Assembly: GCA_963813815.1 (NCBI GenBank) | Contig: CAWFAD010000011.1 | Span: forward strand, 96,001 to 160,000 | Direction of reading: 5' to 3' | DNA length: 64,000 bases | From: an uncultured bacterium | Lineage (GTDB): Bacteria > Krumholzibacteriota > Krumholzibacteriia > Krumholzibacteriales > Krumholzibacteriaceae | Part shown: piece after piece, positions 10,800-19,211 of the stretch | Layout of the letters: every line of letters begins with the position of its first letter | Numbering within the stretch: position 1 is the first letter of the stretch | The notes under the pieces: generated by a model | The model's database searches: none | Seen by the model: the letters and a program-made list of their open reading frames with translations, nothing else | What the model was told of the DNA's origin: nothing | Translations under genes and position numbers: made by a program

Positions 10800-11935
10800 A
10801 TCTTTCGGAGCTCGTCGCTGGGTCGAGCGGGCGGGGCGGACCGCCGTCGATCCTCGTCGTGAGGCTCAAGGCGCTCGGCGACATCGTGCTTTCGATCCCC
10901 GTCGTGCGGGCGCTCCGCGCGGGTTTTCCGGAGGCGCGGATCCGATACCTCTGCCGGGAGCGCTACGCTGACGCGCTCGCGGGCGTGACCGAGCTCGACG
11001 GGGTGCTGCGGCTGCCGGAAGGGGCGGCGGCGCAGCTGAGCTTGGCGCTCGGGCTGCGCCGGGATCGCACCGACTGCGTGATCGATCTTCTCGGGTCGCC
11101 GCGGTCCGCGGCTCTCGCGCGGCTCACCGGCGCCGCGATCAGGATCGGCATGGATACGGGACGCCGCAACTGGGCGTACCACTGGGTCCTTCCCCGCGCG
11201 ATCGAGCGGGAGGGAGCGCGGGCGAGGTGCTATACGCTCGATTCGAACGAGGAGCTCGTCCGGATGCTCGGTCTTCCTGCGGACGGGCGGAGGGGATGCG
11301 GAGTCGCCGGGTCGCGCGATGCGGGCCGGGCATGGGACGAGCGGTACGCGATCGGATTTCCAGCGGCGGAGAGCGAGCGCGGATGGGGCCGGGATCGCGC
11401 GGATGCGATTGCCGGCAAGGGAAGGCGGATCGTCGGGATCGCGCCGGGCGCTCTCTATCAAGCGAAATCGTGGCGCGAGGAATATTTCATCGAAGTCGCG
11501 CGGCGGGTGTGTGATACGATGAACGCCGCCGTTGTCGTCCTCTGGGGGCCGGGGGAGCGCCCGCTCGCGGAGCGGATCGCCGCCGGAGCGGCGGGATCGG
11601 CCGTCGCCCCCGAGACGGGAATCGCGCGTCTCGGGGGGCTCGTCGGGGCGCTCGATCTCCTCGTGGGGATCGATTCGGGCCCGAAGCATCTCGCCGTCAT
11701 CCAAGGGGTGCCGACGGTGACGCTGTTCGGGCCGACCGATCCGCGGGTCTGGGATCCGATGACGGGGCGCCATCGCGCGATCCATCTGGCCCCGGATTGC
11801 TTTCCCTGCCGGAAGCGGGAGTGCGTTCCGAACCGCTGTCTCGACGGCATCACGCCCGACGCCGTCATGACGGAGATCGCGCTGGCGATGCCGCCCTCAT
11901 CGGGTGCCCGGCGCGACGGATACACGGGAGTGTGA
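10787..11935 (+). CDS. GT9 family glycosyltransferase
   Basis: RLKALGDIVLSIP, APGALYQAKSW, GIDSGPKHLA, FGPTDP, CFPC. Confidence 0.9.
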   Translation: MESLNLSELVAGSSGRGGPPSILVVRLKALGDIVLSIPVVRALRAGFPEARIRYLCRERYADALAGVTELDGVLRLPEGAAAQLSLALGLRRDRTDCVIDLLGSPRSAALARLTGAAIRIGMDTGRRNWAYHWVLPRAIEREGARARCYTLDSNEELVRMLGLPADGRRGCGVAGSRDAGRAWDERYAIGFPAAESERGWGRDRADAIAGKGRRIVGIAPGALYQAKSWREEYFIEVARRVCDTMNAAVVVLWGPGERPLAERIAAGAAGSAVAPETGIARLGGLVGALDLLVGIDSGPKHLAVIQGVPTVTLFGPTDPRVWDPMTGRHRAIHLAPDCFPCRKRECVPNRCLDGITPDAVMTEIALAMPPSSGARRDGYTGV

Positions 11936-11939
11936 AGCG

Positions 11940-12710
11940 ATGGCCGGTCCCCTGACGAATCTATCGCTCGTCGTCATAACGCGCGACGAGGAGGACAACC
12001 TGCCCCGCTGCATCGGGAGCGTTCCGGGAGCGGGAGAGGTGATCGTCGTCGATTCCATGAGCGGCGATCGCACGGTCGAGACCGCGCGCGGACTCGGGGC
12101 GATCGTCTACGAGCGCCCCTTCGTTTCCGCCGCGGACCAAAAAAACTGGGCGATGGGAAAGGCGAGCCGCGATTGGATTCTCGTGCTCGACGCCGACGAG
12201 TCCGCGAGCCCCGGGCTCGCGCGGGCGATCGGCGAAATGATCGCCCATCCGCGCGCGGACGGATACTGGATCCTCCGCCGGAGCGAGTTTCTCGGACGGA
12301 CGATCCGCTTCTGCGGGTGGCGGAACGAACGCCTCCTGCGGCTCTTCCGGCGAGGCGCGGGGAGATATCCCGAGCGCGCGGTGCACGAGAGGCTCGGGCT
12401 CACGGGAACGGCGGCGGGTATCGCGGGGCTCATCGAGCACCGGCCCTATCGCGATCTCGCTGATTATCTCGATCGAATGAAGAGCTACAGCCGCCGCGGA
12501 GCTGAGGAGCTCCACCGGCGCGGAGCGCGCTGGTTCCCCGGCATTCTGCTCCGTCCACCCGCGCGGTTCATTCGCATGTACGCGCTCCAACTCGGGTTTC
12601 TCGACGGAGCGGCGGGCTTTCTCCTCTGCGCCCTCGCGGCGGCGGGCGTGTTGCTCAAGTACGCTTTTCTGCGCGAGATGACCCTTCGCGACGGCGGGGA
12701 GAAGGCATGA
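11940..12710 (+). CDS. GT2 LPS core glycosyltransferase (WaaE/KdtX-like)
   Basis: VITRDEEDNL, VVDSMSGDRT, WILVLDADE, VHE, GFLDGAAG. Confidence 0.85.
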   Translation: MAGPLTNLSLVVITRDEEDNLPRCIGSVPGAGEVIVVDSMSGDRTVETARGLGAIVYERPFVSAADQKNWAMGKASRDWILVLDADESASPGLARAIGEMIAHPRADGYWILRRSEFLGRTIRFCGWRNERLLRLFRRGAGRYPERAVHERLGLTGTAAGIAGLIEHRPYRDLADYLDRMKSYSRRGAEELHRRGARWFPGILLRPPARFIRMYALQLGFLDGAAGFLLCALAAAGVLLKYAFLREMTLRDGGEKA

Positions 12711-13792
12711 ATCAGCCTCGGGGCGGCGTTCTGTTCTTCGGAGCGTACGATCCGAGCTACCCGCGCAACGCGATTCTCCGCGCGGGGCTCGCGCGGAGCG
12801 GCGTGCCGGTGGCGGAGTGCCGCGTCGACGAGCGGCTCAAGGTGCACGCCCGCTATCCCGCGTTGATCGCGCGCTTTCTGGGCGCGAGGGGGCGGGGCCG
12901 CGTCATCCTCGTGCCGGATTTCCGGCACAAGGACGTGCCGCTCGCTTGGGCGCTCGCGCGGTGCACGGGGAAGCGGCTCGTCTTCGACCCGCTCGTCTCG
13001 CGATACGAAACGCGCGTGCTCGACCGCGCGGACGCGGCCCTCGGTTCGGCCCAGGCGCGGCACAATTGGAACATCGACGCGATCTCGATGCGGCTGCCGG
13101 ATCTCCTGCTCGCCGACACCGCGGCGCACGCTGAGTTCTACTCGCGCGAGTTCTCGGTTCCGCGCGGAAAGATCAGCGTCGTTCCGGTCGGATTCGACGA
13201 CGGCCTGTTCCGCGAGGCGGCTCCGCCGCCGCGCCGGCCGGAGATCACCGTTCTTTTCTACGGATCGTTTCTTCCGTTGCACGGCGCTGATACGATCGTC
13301 GAGGCTGCGCACCTTCTGCGCGACGCGCCGGTCCGCTTCCTTTTCGTGGGAGCGGGGCAGACGCACGATGCTTTCGAACGGCGCGCGCGGGATTTGCCGC
13401 CGGGGAAGGCGGAACTCCGGCCGCCCGTCCCGGCGGGCGAGCTTCCGGGGATCATCGCCTCCGCCGACGTCGTTCTCGGCATATTCGGCGCGGGCCCCAA
13501 GGCGGGAATGGTCGTTCCGAACAAGGTGTTCCAATCGCTGGCGGTCGGGAGACCCGTCATAACGGGCGATACGCCGGCCATCCGCGAGATCTTTCGCGAC
13601 GGCGCGCACCTGCTGACGGTGCCGCCCGGGGACGCCGCTTCTCTCGCGGGCGCGATCGCGCGCCTCGCGGGCGACGCGGCGTTGCGGGAGTCGCTCGGCC
13701 GGGCGGGCGGCACATATGCGAGATCGACGTTCGGCACGGCACGGATCGGCGAGCGATGCGCCGCGTCGCTCCGCGAGGCGGGATTGCTGTGA
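12707..13792 (+). CDS. GT4 family glycosyltransferase
   Basis: YGSFLPLHG, VPNKVFQSLAVGRPVITGD. Confidence 0.85.
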   Translation: MNQPRGGVLFFGAYDPSYPRNAILRAGLARSGVPVAECRVDERLKVHARYPALIARFLGARGRGRVILVPDFRHKDVPLAWALARCTGKRLVFDPLVSRYETRVLDRADAALGSAQARHNWNIDAISMRLPDLLLADTAAHAEFYSREFSVPRGKISVVPVGFDDGLFREAAPPPRRPEITVLFYGSFLPLHGADTIVEAAHLLRDAPVRFLFVGAGQTHDAFERRARDLPPGKAELRPPVPAGELPGIIASADVVLGIFGAGPKAGMVVPNKVFQSLAVGRPVITGDTPAIREIFRDGAHLLTVPPGDAASLAGAIARLAGDAALRESLGRAGGTYARSTFGTARIGERCAASLREAGLL

Positions 13793-14892
13793 GGGTGCTG
13801 CTCGGGAACAGCGAAGCCGGATTCCGGGGAGGGGAGCACCAGACGTTGGCGCTCGCGCGGGGCCTCGCCTCGCGCGGCTGCGAGGTCGCGATCGCCGCGA
13901 GGGGCGGCTCTGCGCTCGCGCACCGCGCCGCGGCGGAGAAGATCGACTGCCGGGAGCTCGCGTACGAGAAGCTTCCCGTATCGACGCCCGCCGCACTCGC
14001 CCGCTTTATCGCGTCGTGGCGTCCGGCGGTCTGCCATGCGCAGACCGCCGACGCGCACACCCATTTGTGGATAGCGTTGGCGCTCGCCCGGCGGCGAGCC
14101 GCGCTCGTGGTCTCGCGGCGGGTCGCGTTCGAAATCATTCGCACGCCCCTGTCCCTCATGAAGTACCGGTGGGGGGTCTCGCATTTCATTCCCATATCGC
14201 GGGCGGCGGCGGAGAGCCTCTCGCGCGCCGGCGTGCCCCCGGAAAAGATGACGATCGTCCCGAGCGGCATCGACGCGGCCCGCTTCGCGAGGGCCGGGGG
14301 CGCCGAGCTGCGCGGCCGGTGGGGGATCGGCGCGGACGAGCTCGTCGTCGGCGCCGTCTCGGCGTTCGAGGCGGAGAAGGGCCTCTCGATCCTCATCGAC
14401 GCGGCGGCGGCGACGGCGGAGAGCGGAAAGCGCGCGCGTTTCGTGCTCGTCGGAGAGGGGAGCCTCGAGAATCGCCTCGCCGGGCAGGCCGGACGCCTGG
14501 GGCTCGGGGAATCGGTGATCCTCATGCCGCAGGACCGGCCTCTCGAGGAGACGCTCGGCGCTTTCGACCTCTTCGTTCTTCCGTCGCTCGCCGAGGGGCT
14601 CTCGACGGCGTTGCTCGCGGCCATGGCGTCGGGGCTCGCGGTCGTCGCGAGCGACACGGGCGGGATTCCCGAGGCGGTCTCGCCCGATTGCGGCGTTCTC
14701 GTGCCGCCGGGGGATGCCGGCGCCCTCGCCGGAGCCCTGGGGCGACTCATTGAGGACCGGGGGCTGCGAAAGAAGATGGGGGAGGCGGGACGCTCGCGCG
14801 CGGCTCTTTTCGACATCTCCTACACGGTCGAGAGGACGCTCGAGATTTACGAAATGGTCTCGGGCGCGAAGGCGGAGCCGAAGAGTCGCTAA
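13789..14892 (+). CDS. GT4 family glycosyltransferase
   Basis: FRGGEHQT, PSLAEGLSTALLAAMASG, DTGGIPE; GTGA start/stop overlap with upstream gene. Confidence 0.88.
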   Translation: MRVLLGNSEAGFRGGEHQTLALARGLASRGCEVAIAARGGSALAHRAAAEKIDCRELAYEKLPVSTPAALARFIASWRPAVCHAQTADAHTHLWIALALARRRAALVVSRRVAFEIIRTPLSLMKYRWGVSHFIPISRAAAESLSRAGVPPEKMTIVPSGIDAARFARAGGAELRGRWGIGADELVVGAVSAFEAEKGLSILIDAAAATAESGKRARFVLVGEGSLENRLAGQAGRLGLGESVILMPQDRPLEETLGAFDLFVLPSLAEGLSTALLAAMASGLAVVASDTGGIPEAVSPDCGVLVPPGDAGALAGALGRLIEDRGLRKKMGEAGRSRAALFDISYTVERTLEIYEMVSGAKAEPKSR

Positions 14893-15012
14893 ATTTGCTT
14901 CGGGGGCGGCTCGTGCACGGCAATTGCAAGGTATATTGAATTGGAGGACGGCTGGCGGAGGCGAATTTGCCTAGGCTATGATTATCGTAAATAACGAGAA
15001 TGGATTAATGAA

Positions 15013-15909
15013 ATGAATGAACGTTATGTATTAAGCGGAAAATATCTCTTGATCGCGGCACTGGCCTCATTATGTGTCCTCGTATCGGTTCAATCCGGCC
15101 TTGCCGGGGAGGCTGAGAGCGCGCCGCCGCAGGAGCAGGGGGGCTACTCGCTCGACCGCGAGCTCGAGGGGATGGAGATCGTCCACCGGTTCCCGGAGCT
15201 CGTCCCCTACGGCGAGGGAGAGCTTCTCACCTTCGCCATACAGTACGGCCTCATTTACGCCGGGGACGCGACGCTCGAGATCAGGAACATAGCCGAGTTC
15301 GACAGCACGCGAGCGTACCATATCATCTCGACCGCGAAAACGAACGGCGCCTTCGACCGCATTTTCAAGGTCCGCGATCGCCACGATTCCTTCATGGATT
15401 TCGACAACCTCTACAGCCTGAGCTTCGAAAAGCATCTTCGGGAGGGCAAATTCAAGCGGGACGTCAAGGTCGTGTTCGACCAGAAGGAGCACATCGCCGT
15501 CTATCCGGACAAGCGCGTTCCGATCCCTCCGAACACGCAGGATTTTCTGAGCGCCCTCTACTACGCGAGAACGTTGAATCTCGGCGTCGGACAGGCGATC
15601 GCCATGGCGAACCACACGGACGGAAAGAACTATCCGATCTTCATCAAGGTGATCCGCCGCGAGCGCGTCAAGGTGCCCGCCGGCGAGTTCGATTGTCTCG
15701 TCGTCGAGCCGGTCCTCCAGACCTCGGCCATCTTCGAAAACAAGGGCAAATTGACAATCTGGGTGACCGATGATACGGTCAAAATGCCGGTGCTGCTCCG
15801 CTCGAAGGTCGTCGTCGGCGCTTTCGAGGCGGTGCTCAAGGACTACCGGCTGAGCCGCGACGAACACCGTGTGATCGATCGAAAGGATTCGAACCCCGGT
15901 GGCGAGTGA
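15013..15909 (+). CDS. Secreted DUF3108-like protein
   Basis: Signal peptide; GELLTF, FKVRD, QDFLSALYYAR, VKVPAGEFDC, IWVTDD...PV pattern. Confidence 0.7.
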   Translation: MNERYVLSGKYLLIAALASLCVLVSVQSGLAGEAESAPPQEQGGYSLDRELEGMEIVHRFPELVPYGEGELLTFAIQYGLIYAGDATLEIRNIAEFDSTRAYHIISTAKTNGAFDRIFKVRDRHDSFMDFDNLYSLSFEKHLREGKFKRDVKVVFDQKEHIAVYPDKRVPIPPNTQDFLSALYYARTLNLGVGQAIAMANHTDGKNYPIFIKVIRRERVKVPAGEFDCLVVEPVLQTSAIFENKGKLTIWVTDDTVKMPVLLRSKVVVGAFEAVLKDYRLSRDEHRVIDRKDSNPGGE

Positions 15910-16846
15910 TTTCGAGGAAATGGATCTCTCCCGGGTCCGGACGAATTCCATTCGCGAGCGGGGGAGCGTCGTGACGATCCGCGATTTCGCCGATCCTTCC
16001 GCGGGCGTTCCGGCCCGCGCCCGGAGGACGGAGGAACCCGCGGAAGCGCTCGACGAGCGCGGGATACGCAACCTCGCGGAGGCGATGCGCGCGATCGCGG
16101 CCGATCGCGGCCGCGAGATCGTCTGGATGATGGGCGCACACCTCGTCAAGTGCGGGCTCTCGCGCTACGTCATCGAGCTCATGCGCGGCGGATTCATCAC
16201 GGCGGTCGCCATGAACGGGGCCGCCGCGATTCACGACTTCGAGATCAGTTTCTTCGGAGAGACTTCCGAGGACGTCGCGCGGAACCTCGGGCGTGGCATC
16301 TTCGGCTTCGCGCGAGAAACGGCGGACGGGTGTTTCGCCGCGGTGGAGAAGGGACGCCGGGAAGGGCGGGGGCTCGGCGAGTCGCTCGGACGATACCTTG
16401 TGGCGAACGATGCGCCGCACGGGGAGTACGGCATCCTCGCCGCGGCGAGCCGTCTCGGCATACCGGCGACGGTGCACGTCGCCATCGGCACCGATATCCT
16501 GCATCAGCACCGAGGATTCGACGGCGCGGCATGGGGCGAGCTCTCGGCGCGGGATTTCAGGATTCTCGCTTCGCGCGTCGAGCGCCTCGGACGCGCGGGG
16601 GGGGTGGCCGTGAACGTCGGTTCGGCCGTCATCTGCCCCGAGGTGTTTCTCAAGGCCTTGAGCGTGGCGCGCAACCTCGGAGCGCCGTTCGACCGGCTCG
16701 TGACGGCGAACATCGACATGACTCAGCATTACCGGCCCCGCATGAACGTGCTCGCGCGACCGTCCGGATTCGGCGGCGACGCGATCGCGATCACGGGGCG
16801 CCATGAAACCGTGATTCCGCTGCTCTATTCGCTCGTTGTCTCCTGA
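15899..16846 (+). CDS. Conserved hypothetical protein, deoxyhypusine-synthase-like fold
   Basis: MMGAHLVKCG, MNGAAAIHDFE, VHVAIGTDILH, NVGSAVICPEVFLKA; fold call from motif resemblance. Confidence 0.6.
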   Translation: MASDFEEMDLSRVRTNSIRERGSVVTIRDFADPSAGVPARARRTEEPAEALDERGIRNLAEAMRAIAADRGREIVWMMGAHLVKCGLSRYVIELMRGGFITAVAMNGAAAIHDFEISFFGETSEDVARNLGRGIFGFARETADGCFAAVEKGRREGRGLGESLGRYLVANDAPHGEYGILAAASRLGIPATVHVAIGTDILHQHRGFDGAAWGELSARDFRILASRVERLGRAGGVAVNVGSAVICPEVFLKALSVARNLGAPFDRLVTANIDMTQHYRPRMNVLARPSGFGGDAIAITGRHETVIPLLYSLVVS

Positions 16847-16891
16847 GCGCGCCGGGCGGGCGCGCCGGGCCTGCGGGAGATCCGCCCCGCC

Positions 16892-18214
16892 ATGCACACG
16901 ACACTCGATCGCCCCGGCGGGCGCCGTTCGGCGATGCTCCTCCTCGGGGCGGCCGTGCTCCTCGCGGCTGCGGCGCGGCTCGTCTTCTGTCTCGAAATAG
17001 TCGGGTTCCACGCGCCGCTTCGCGGGGACGAGATCGATTATCACGCGCTCGCTTCCTCCATCGCGGCGGGAGACGGATTCGCCGGCGCGGGGGGGGAAGC
17101 GACGGCGGCCCGGCCGCCTTTGTGGCCGCTCGTTCTCGCGGGGGTCTACCGCCTCGCAGGGCCGAGTCCCGAGGCGGGGAGGGCGCTCGCGATCATCATC
17201 GGAACGCTCGTGGTGCCGCTCGTGTACGCGGCGGCGAAGGGCGCCTTTCCGAAGCGTCCCGCCGTGCCGGCCGTCGCGGCGCTGCTCGCCGCGGTGAACC
17301 CGACGCTCATTTTCATGAGCTCGTACCTCCTCGCCGAGAATCTTTCGATCGTCCTCATGCTGCTCGCCGTGACGGTCGTATCGGCCGGTGTGAGCGGGGA
17401 GCGAGGACTGCGCTCGTATCTCGCGGCGGGAGCTCTTCTCGGGCTCGGAAGCCTCGCGCGTCCGCCGCTCTTTCCGGTCGCGCTCTTCATGGCGGCGTGG
17501 GCAGTGATTGCCGGCGCCGGGGTCTTCCGGCGGCGCCTCGCGAGGGCGGCGGTCCTCGGCGCGGGTCTCGCGGCGGCGCTCGCCCCGTGGGCGGTCCGAA
17601 ACGAGGCTCGTCTCGGCTCGCCCGTGCTCTTCACGACGCACGGAGGCATGACGTTCTATCAGGGGAACAACCCGTCCGTGCGGGACGAGCCCTCTTACCG
17701 TGGTGGAGTCGCGCCCCTCGAGGCGCTTCCCGGCTGGAAGGGCGTTCTGGCGAAGGAGGGAGAGGTCGAGCGCGACAGGGAAGCGTGGCGCCTCGCGAGG
17801 GAGTTCGTCGCCGGCAATCTCTCGAGCGTTCCGCGGATGGCGCTCTGGAAGTTCGTTCGTTTCTGGCGGTTCGGGGGGGACATGGGGCTCTCCGGCGTCC
17901 GGAGCGGGTGGTGGTGGGACAAAGGATCGCGGCTCGGCGCGCTGGCGAGCTCCCTCGACGTTTTTTTCCTCCATTCGATCGTCGTTATCCCGCTCTTCAT
18001 CGCCGGGCTCGCTTTTGCCCTTCGAGAGACGCGCCGGCTCGCGAACCTCCACGCGATCGTCATCGTTCACACGGCGACCGCGCTTTTCTTCTACGGATCG
18101 CTTCGTTCGCGCGCTCCCGTGGAGCCGGTGATAGCGATTTTCGCAGCGTACGCGATAGTGCGGCTCCTCGCGCTCGCCGCCCGGAGGCGGGTCGCCGGCG
18201 ATTTTGCCCGTTGA
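16892..18214 (+). CDS. ArnT/PMT-like (GT-C) membrane glycosyltransferase
   Basis: GDEIDYH first-loop motif, RPPLWP, LLAENL, LARP, PWAVRN; many TM helices. Confidence 0.75.
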   Translation: MHTTLDRPGGRRSAMLLLGAAVLLAAAARLVFCLEIVGFHAPLRGDEIDYHALASSIAAGDGFAGAGGEATAARPPLWPLVLAGVYRLAGPSPEAGRALAIIIGTLVVPLVYAAAKGAFPKRPAVPAVAALLAAVNPTLIFMSSYLLAENLSIVLMLLAVTVVSAGVSGERGLRSYLAAGALLGLGSLARPPLFPVALFMAAWAVIAGAGVFRRRLARAAVLGAGLAAALAPWAVRNEARLGSPVLFTTHGGMTFYQGNNPSVRDEPSYRGGVAPLEALPGWKGVLAKEGEVERDREAWRLAREFVAGNLSSVPRMALWKFVRFWRFGGDMGLSGVRSGWWWDKGSRLGALASSLDVFFLHSIVVIPLFIAGLAFALRETRRLANLHAIVIVHTATALFFYGSLRSRAPVEPVIAIFAAYAIVRLLALAARRRVAGDFAR

Positions 18215-18240
18215 CAAAAGCCCCTGATTTGTGCTAACAT
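18211..18240 (+). promoter_or_regulatory. sigma70-like promoter of polysaccharide cluster leader
   Basis: TTGACA (18211-18216), 18-nt spacer, extended -10 TGcTAACAT (18232-18240). Confidence 0.65.
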
Positions 18241-18262
18241 TCGAGTTGCAATAGGAGGAACC

Positions 18263-18357
18263 ATAAAGAGCGTTTGCTATAGGAATTCGCTTTGAAGCTT
18301 TTGTGAGGCACTCCGCCCGCTTTAAAGTGGCGTTTCTATGGCAAACGTTCTCTTTAT
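18263..18357 (+). ncRNA. Long imperfect hairpin in 5' leader (candidate cis-regulatory RNA)
   Basis: ATAAAGAG/CTCTTTAT, CGTTTGCTATAGGA/TTCTATGGCAAACG and GCTTTGAAGC/GCTTTAAAGT pair (with G-U) around a ~20-nt loop. Confidence 0.6.
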
Positions 18358-18390
18358 ACCCGGGCGGAGGACTCCGCCCGGGTTTTTCTT
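18358..18390 (+). terminator. Intrinsic terminator inside the leader, upstream of sugar transferase
   Basis: ACCCGGGCGGA-GGAC-TCCGCCCGGGT perfect 11-bp stem followed by TTTTCTT. Confidence 0.8.
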
Positions 18391-18406
18391 CGTGGAGGCG
18401 CGCATC

Positions 18407-19096
18407 ATGGCTGGGTCGCCGGAACTTCAGGGAGCGGTCTGCGAAAAAGAGCGGATTGCGAGCATCATACGGCTCAAGGCGGATAGGCAGGACAGGGTGT
18501 ATGCGTCCATGAAGCGCCTGACGGACATCATCGTCGCCACTTTTCTGCTCGTCCTCTTCCTGCCGATCATTCCTGTCGTTGCCATTCTGATACGCTTCGA
18601 TTCTCCGGGCCCCATCTTCTTCAAGCAGAGGAGAATCGGAAAGGACGGGAAAGCGTTCGATTTTTACAAGTTTCGGTCGATGGTCTCGGGCGCCGAGAAC
18701 GTCATCGACGCGCTTCGTCCCTTGAGCGGCGTCGACGGCCCCGTTTTCAAGATAAAGGAAGATCCGCGGGTCACGCGTGTGGGTAGATTCCTTCGCCGTT
18801 CCAGCCTCGACGAACTCCCGCAGCTCATCAACGTGCTTCGAGGCGAGATGAGCATCGTCGGCCCGCGTCCCAACCTTCCCTCCGAGGTGTCCCAATACCT
18901 TCCCTGGCAGCGCAAGCGCCTCGATGTCACGCCGGGCATCACCTGTTTCTGGCAGATCGCGGGCAGAAGCCACATTGGGTTCCAGGAATGGATGCGCCTC
19001 GATCTCGAGTATGTCCGCAAGAGAAGCTATGTTACGGACCTCAAGATCATGATGAAGACCGTCCCGGCGGTCATCGCCAGGAAGGGGGCCTACTAG
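18407..19096 (+). CDS. Priming sugar transferase (bacterial sugar transferase / phosphoglycosyl transferase)
   Basis: KRLTDI, FFKQRRIG, KFRSM, DPRVTRVGRFLRRSSLDELPQLINVLRGEMSIVGPRP; GGAGG RBS before ATG 18407. Confidence 0.92.
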   Translation: MAGSPELQGAVCEKERIASIIRLKADRQDRVYASMKRLTDIIVATFLLVLFLPIIPVVAILIRFDSPGPIFFKQRRIGKDGKAFDFYKFRSMVSGAENVIDALRPLSGVDGPVFKIKEDPRVTRVGRFLRRSSLDELPQLINVLRGEMSIVGPRPNLPSEVSQYLPWQRKRLDVTPGITCFWQIAGRSHIGFQEWMRLDLEYVRKRSYVTDLKIMMKTVPAVIARKGAY

Positions 19097-19130
19097 GCTT
19101 CCGCGGCACGCATCTTGCAATCGAGAAAAA

Positions 19131-19159
19131 TTGACATAGTGTGCGCATTTTCTTAAATT
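19131..19159 (+). promoter_or_regulatory. sigma70-like promoter for wza operon
   Basis: TTGACA (19131-19136), 17-nt spacer, TAAATT (19154-19159). Confidence 0.6.
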
Positions 19160-19211
19160 CGCTTCAAGCGTATGTATTTGCATGGCGTTCTTACCGTTGA
19201 AAGGGTTCTCG

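Noticed and set aside
14912..14965. sigma54-like GTGCACG-N4-TTGCA and ops-like GGCGGAGGCG before the DUF3108-like gene
   Set aside because: The invariant -24 GG is missing, and the ops core GGCGGTAG has two mismatches.
16847..16871. Short direct repeat GCGCGCCGGGC twice
   Set aside because: Only two copies of low-complexity GC sequence; not an array.
18288..18330. PyrR-binding-loop resemblance (CTTTGA...TGTGAGGC) in the leader hairpin
   Set aside because: Lacks the ARUCC part of the consensus and the downstream gene is not pyrimidine-related.
18338..18406. Longer N-terminus of the sugar transferase given by the ORF track
   Set aside because: It runs through the terminator hairpin and has no RBS; ATG 18407 has GGAGG at proper spacing.
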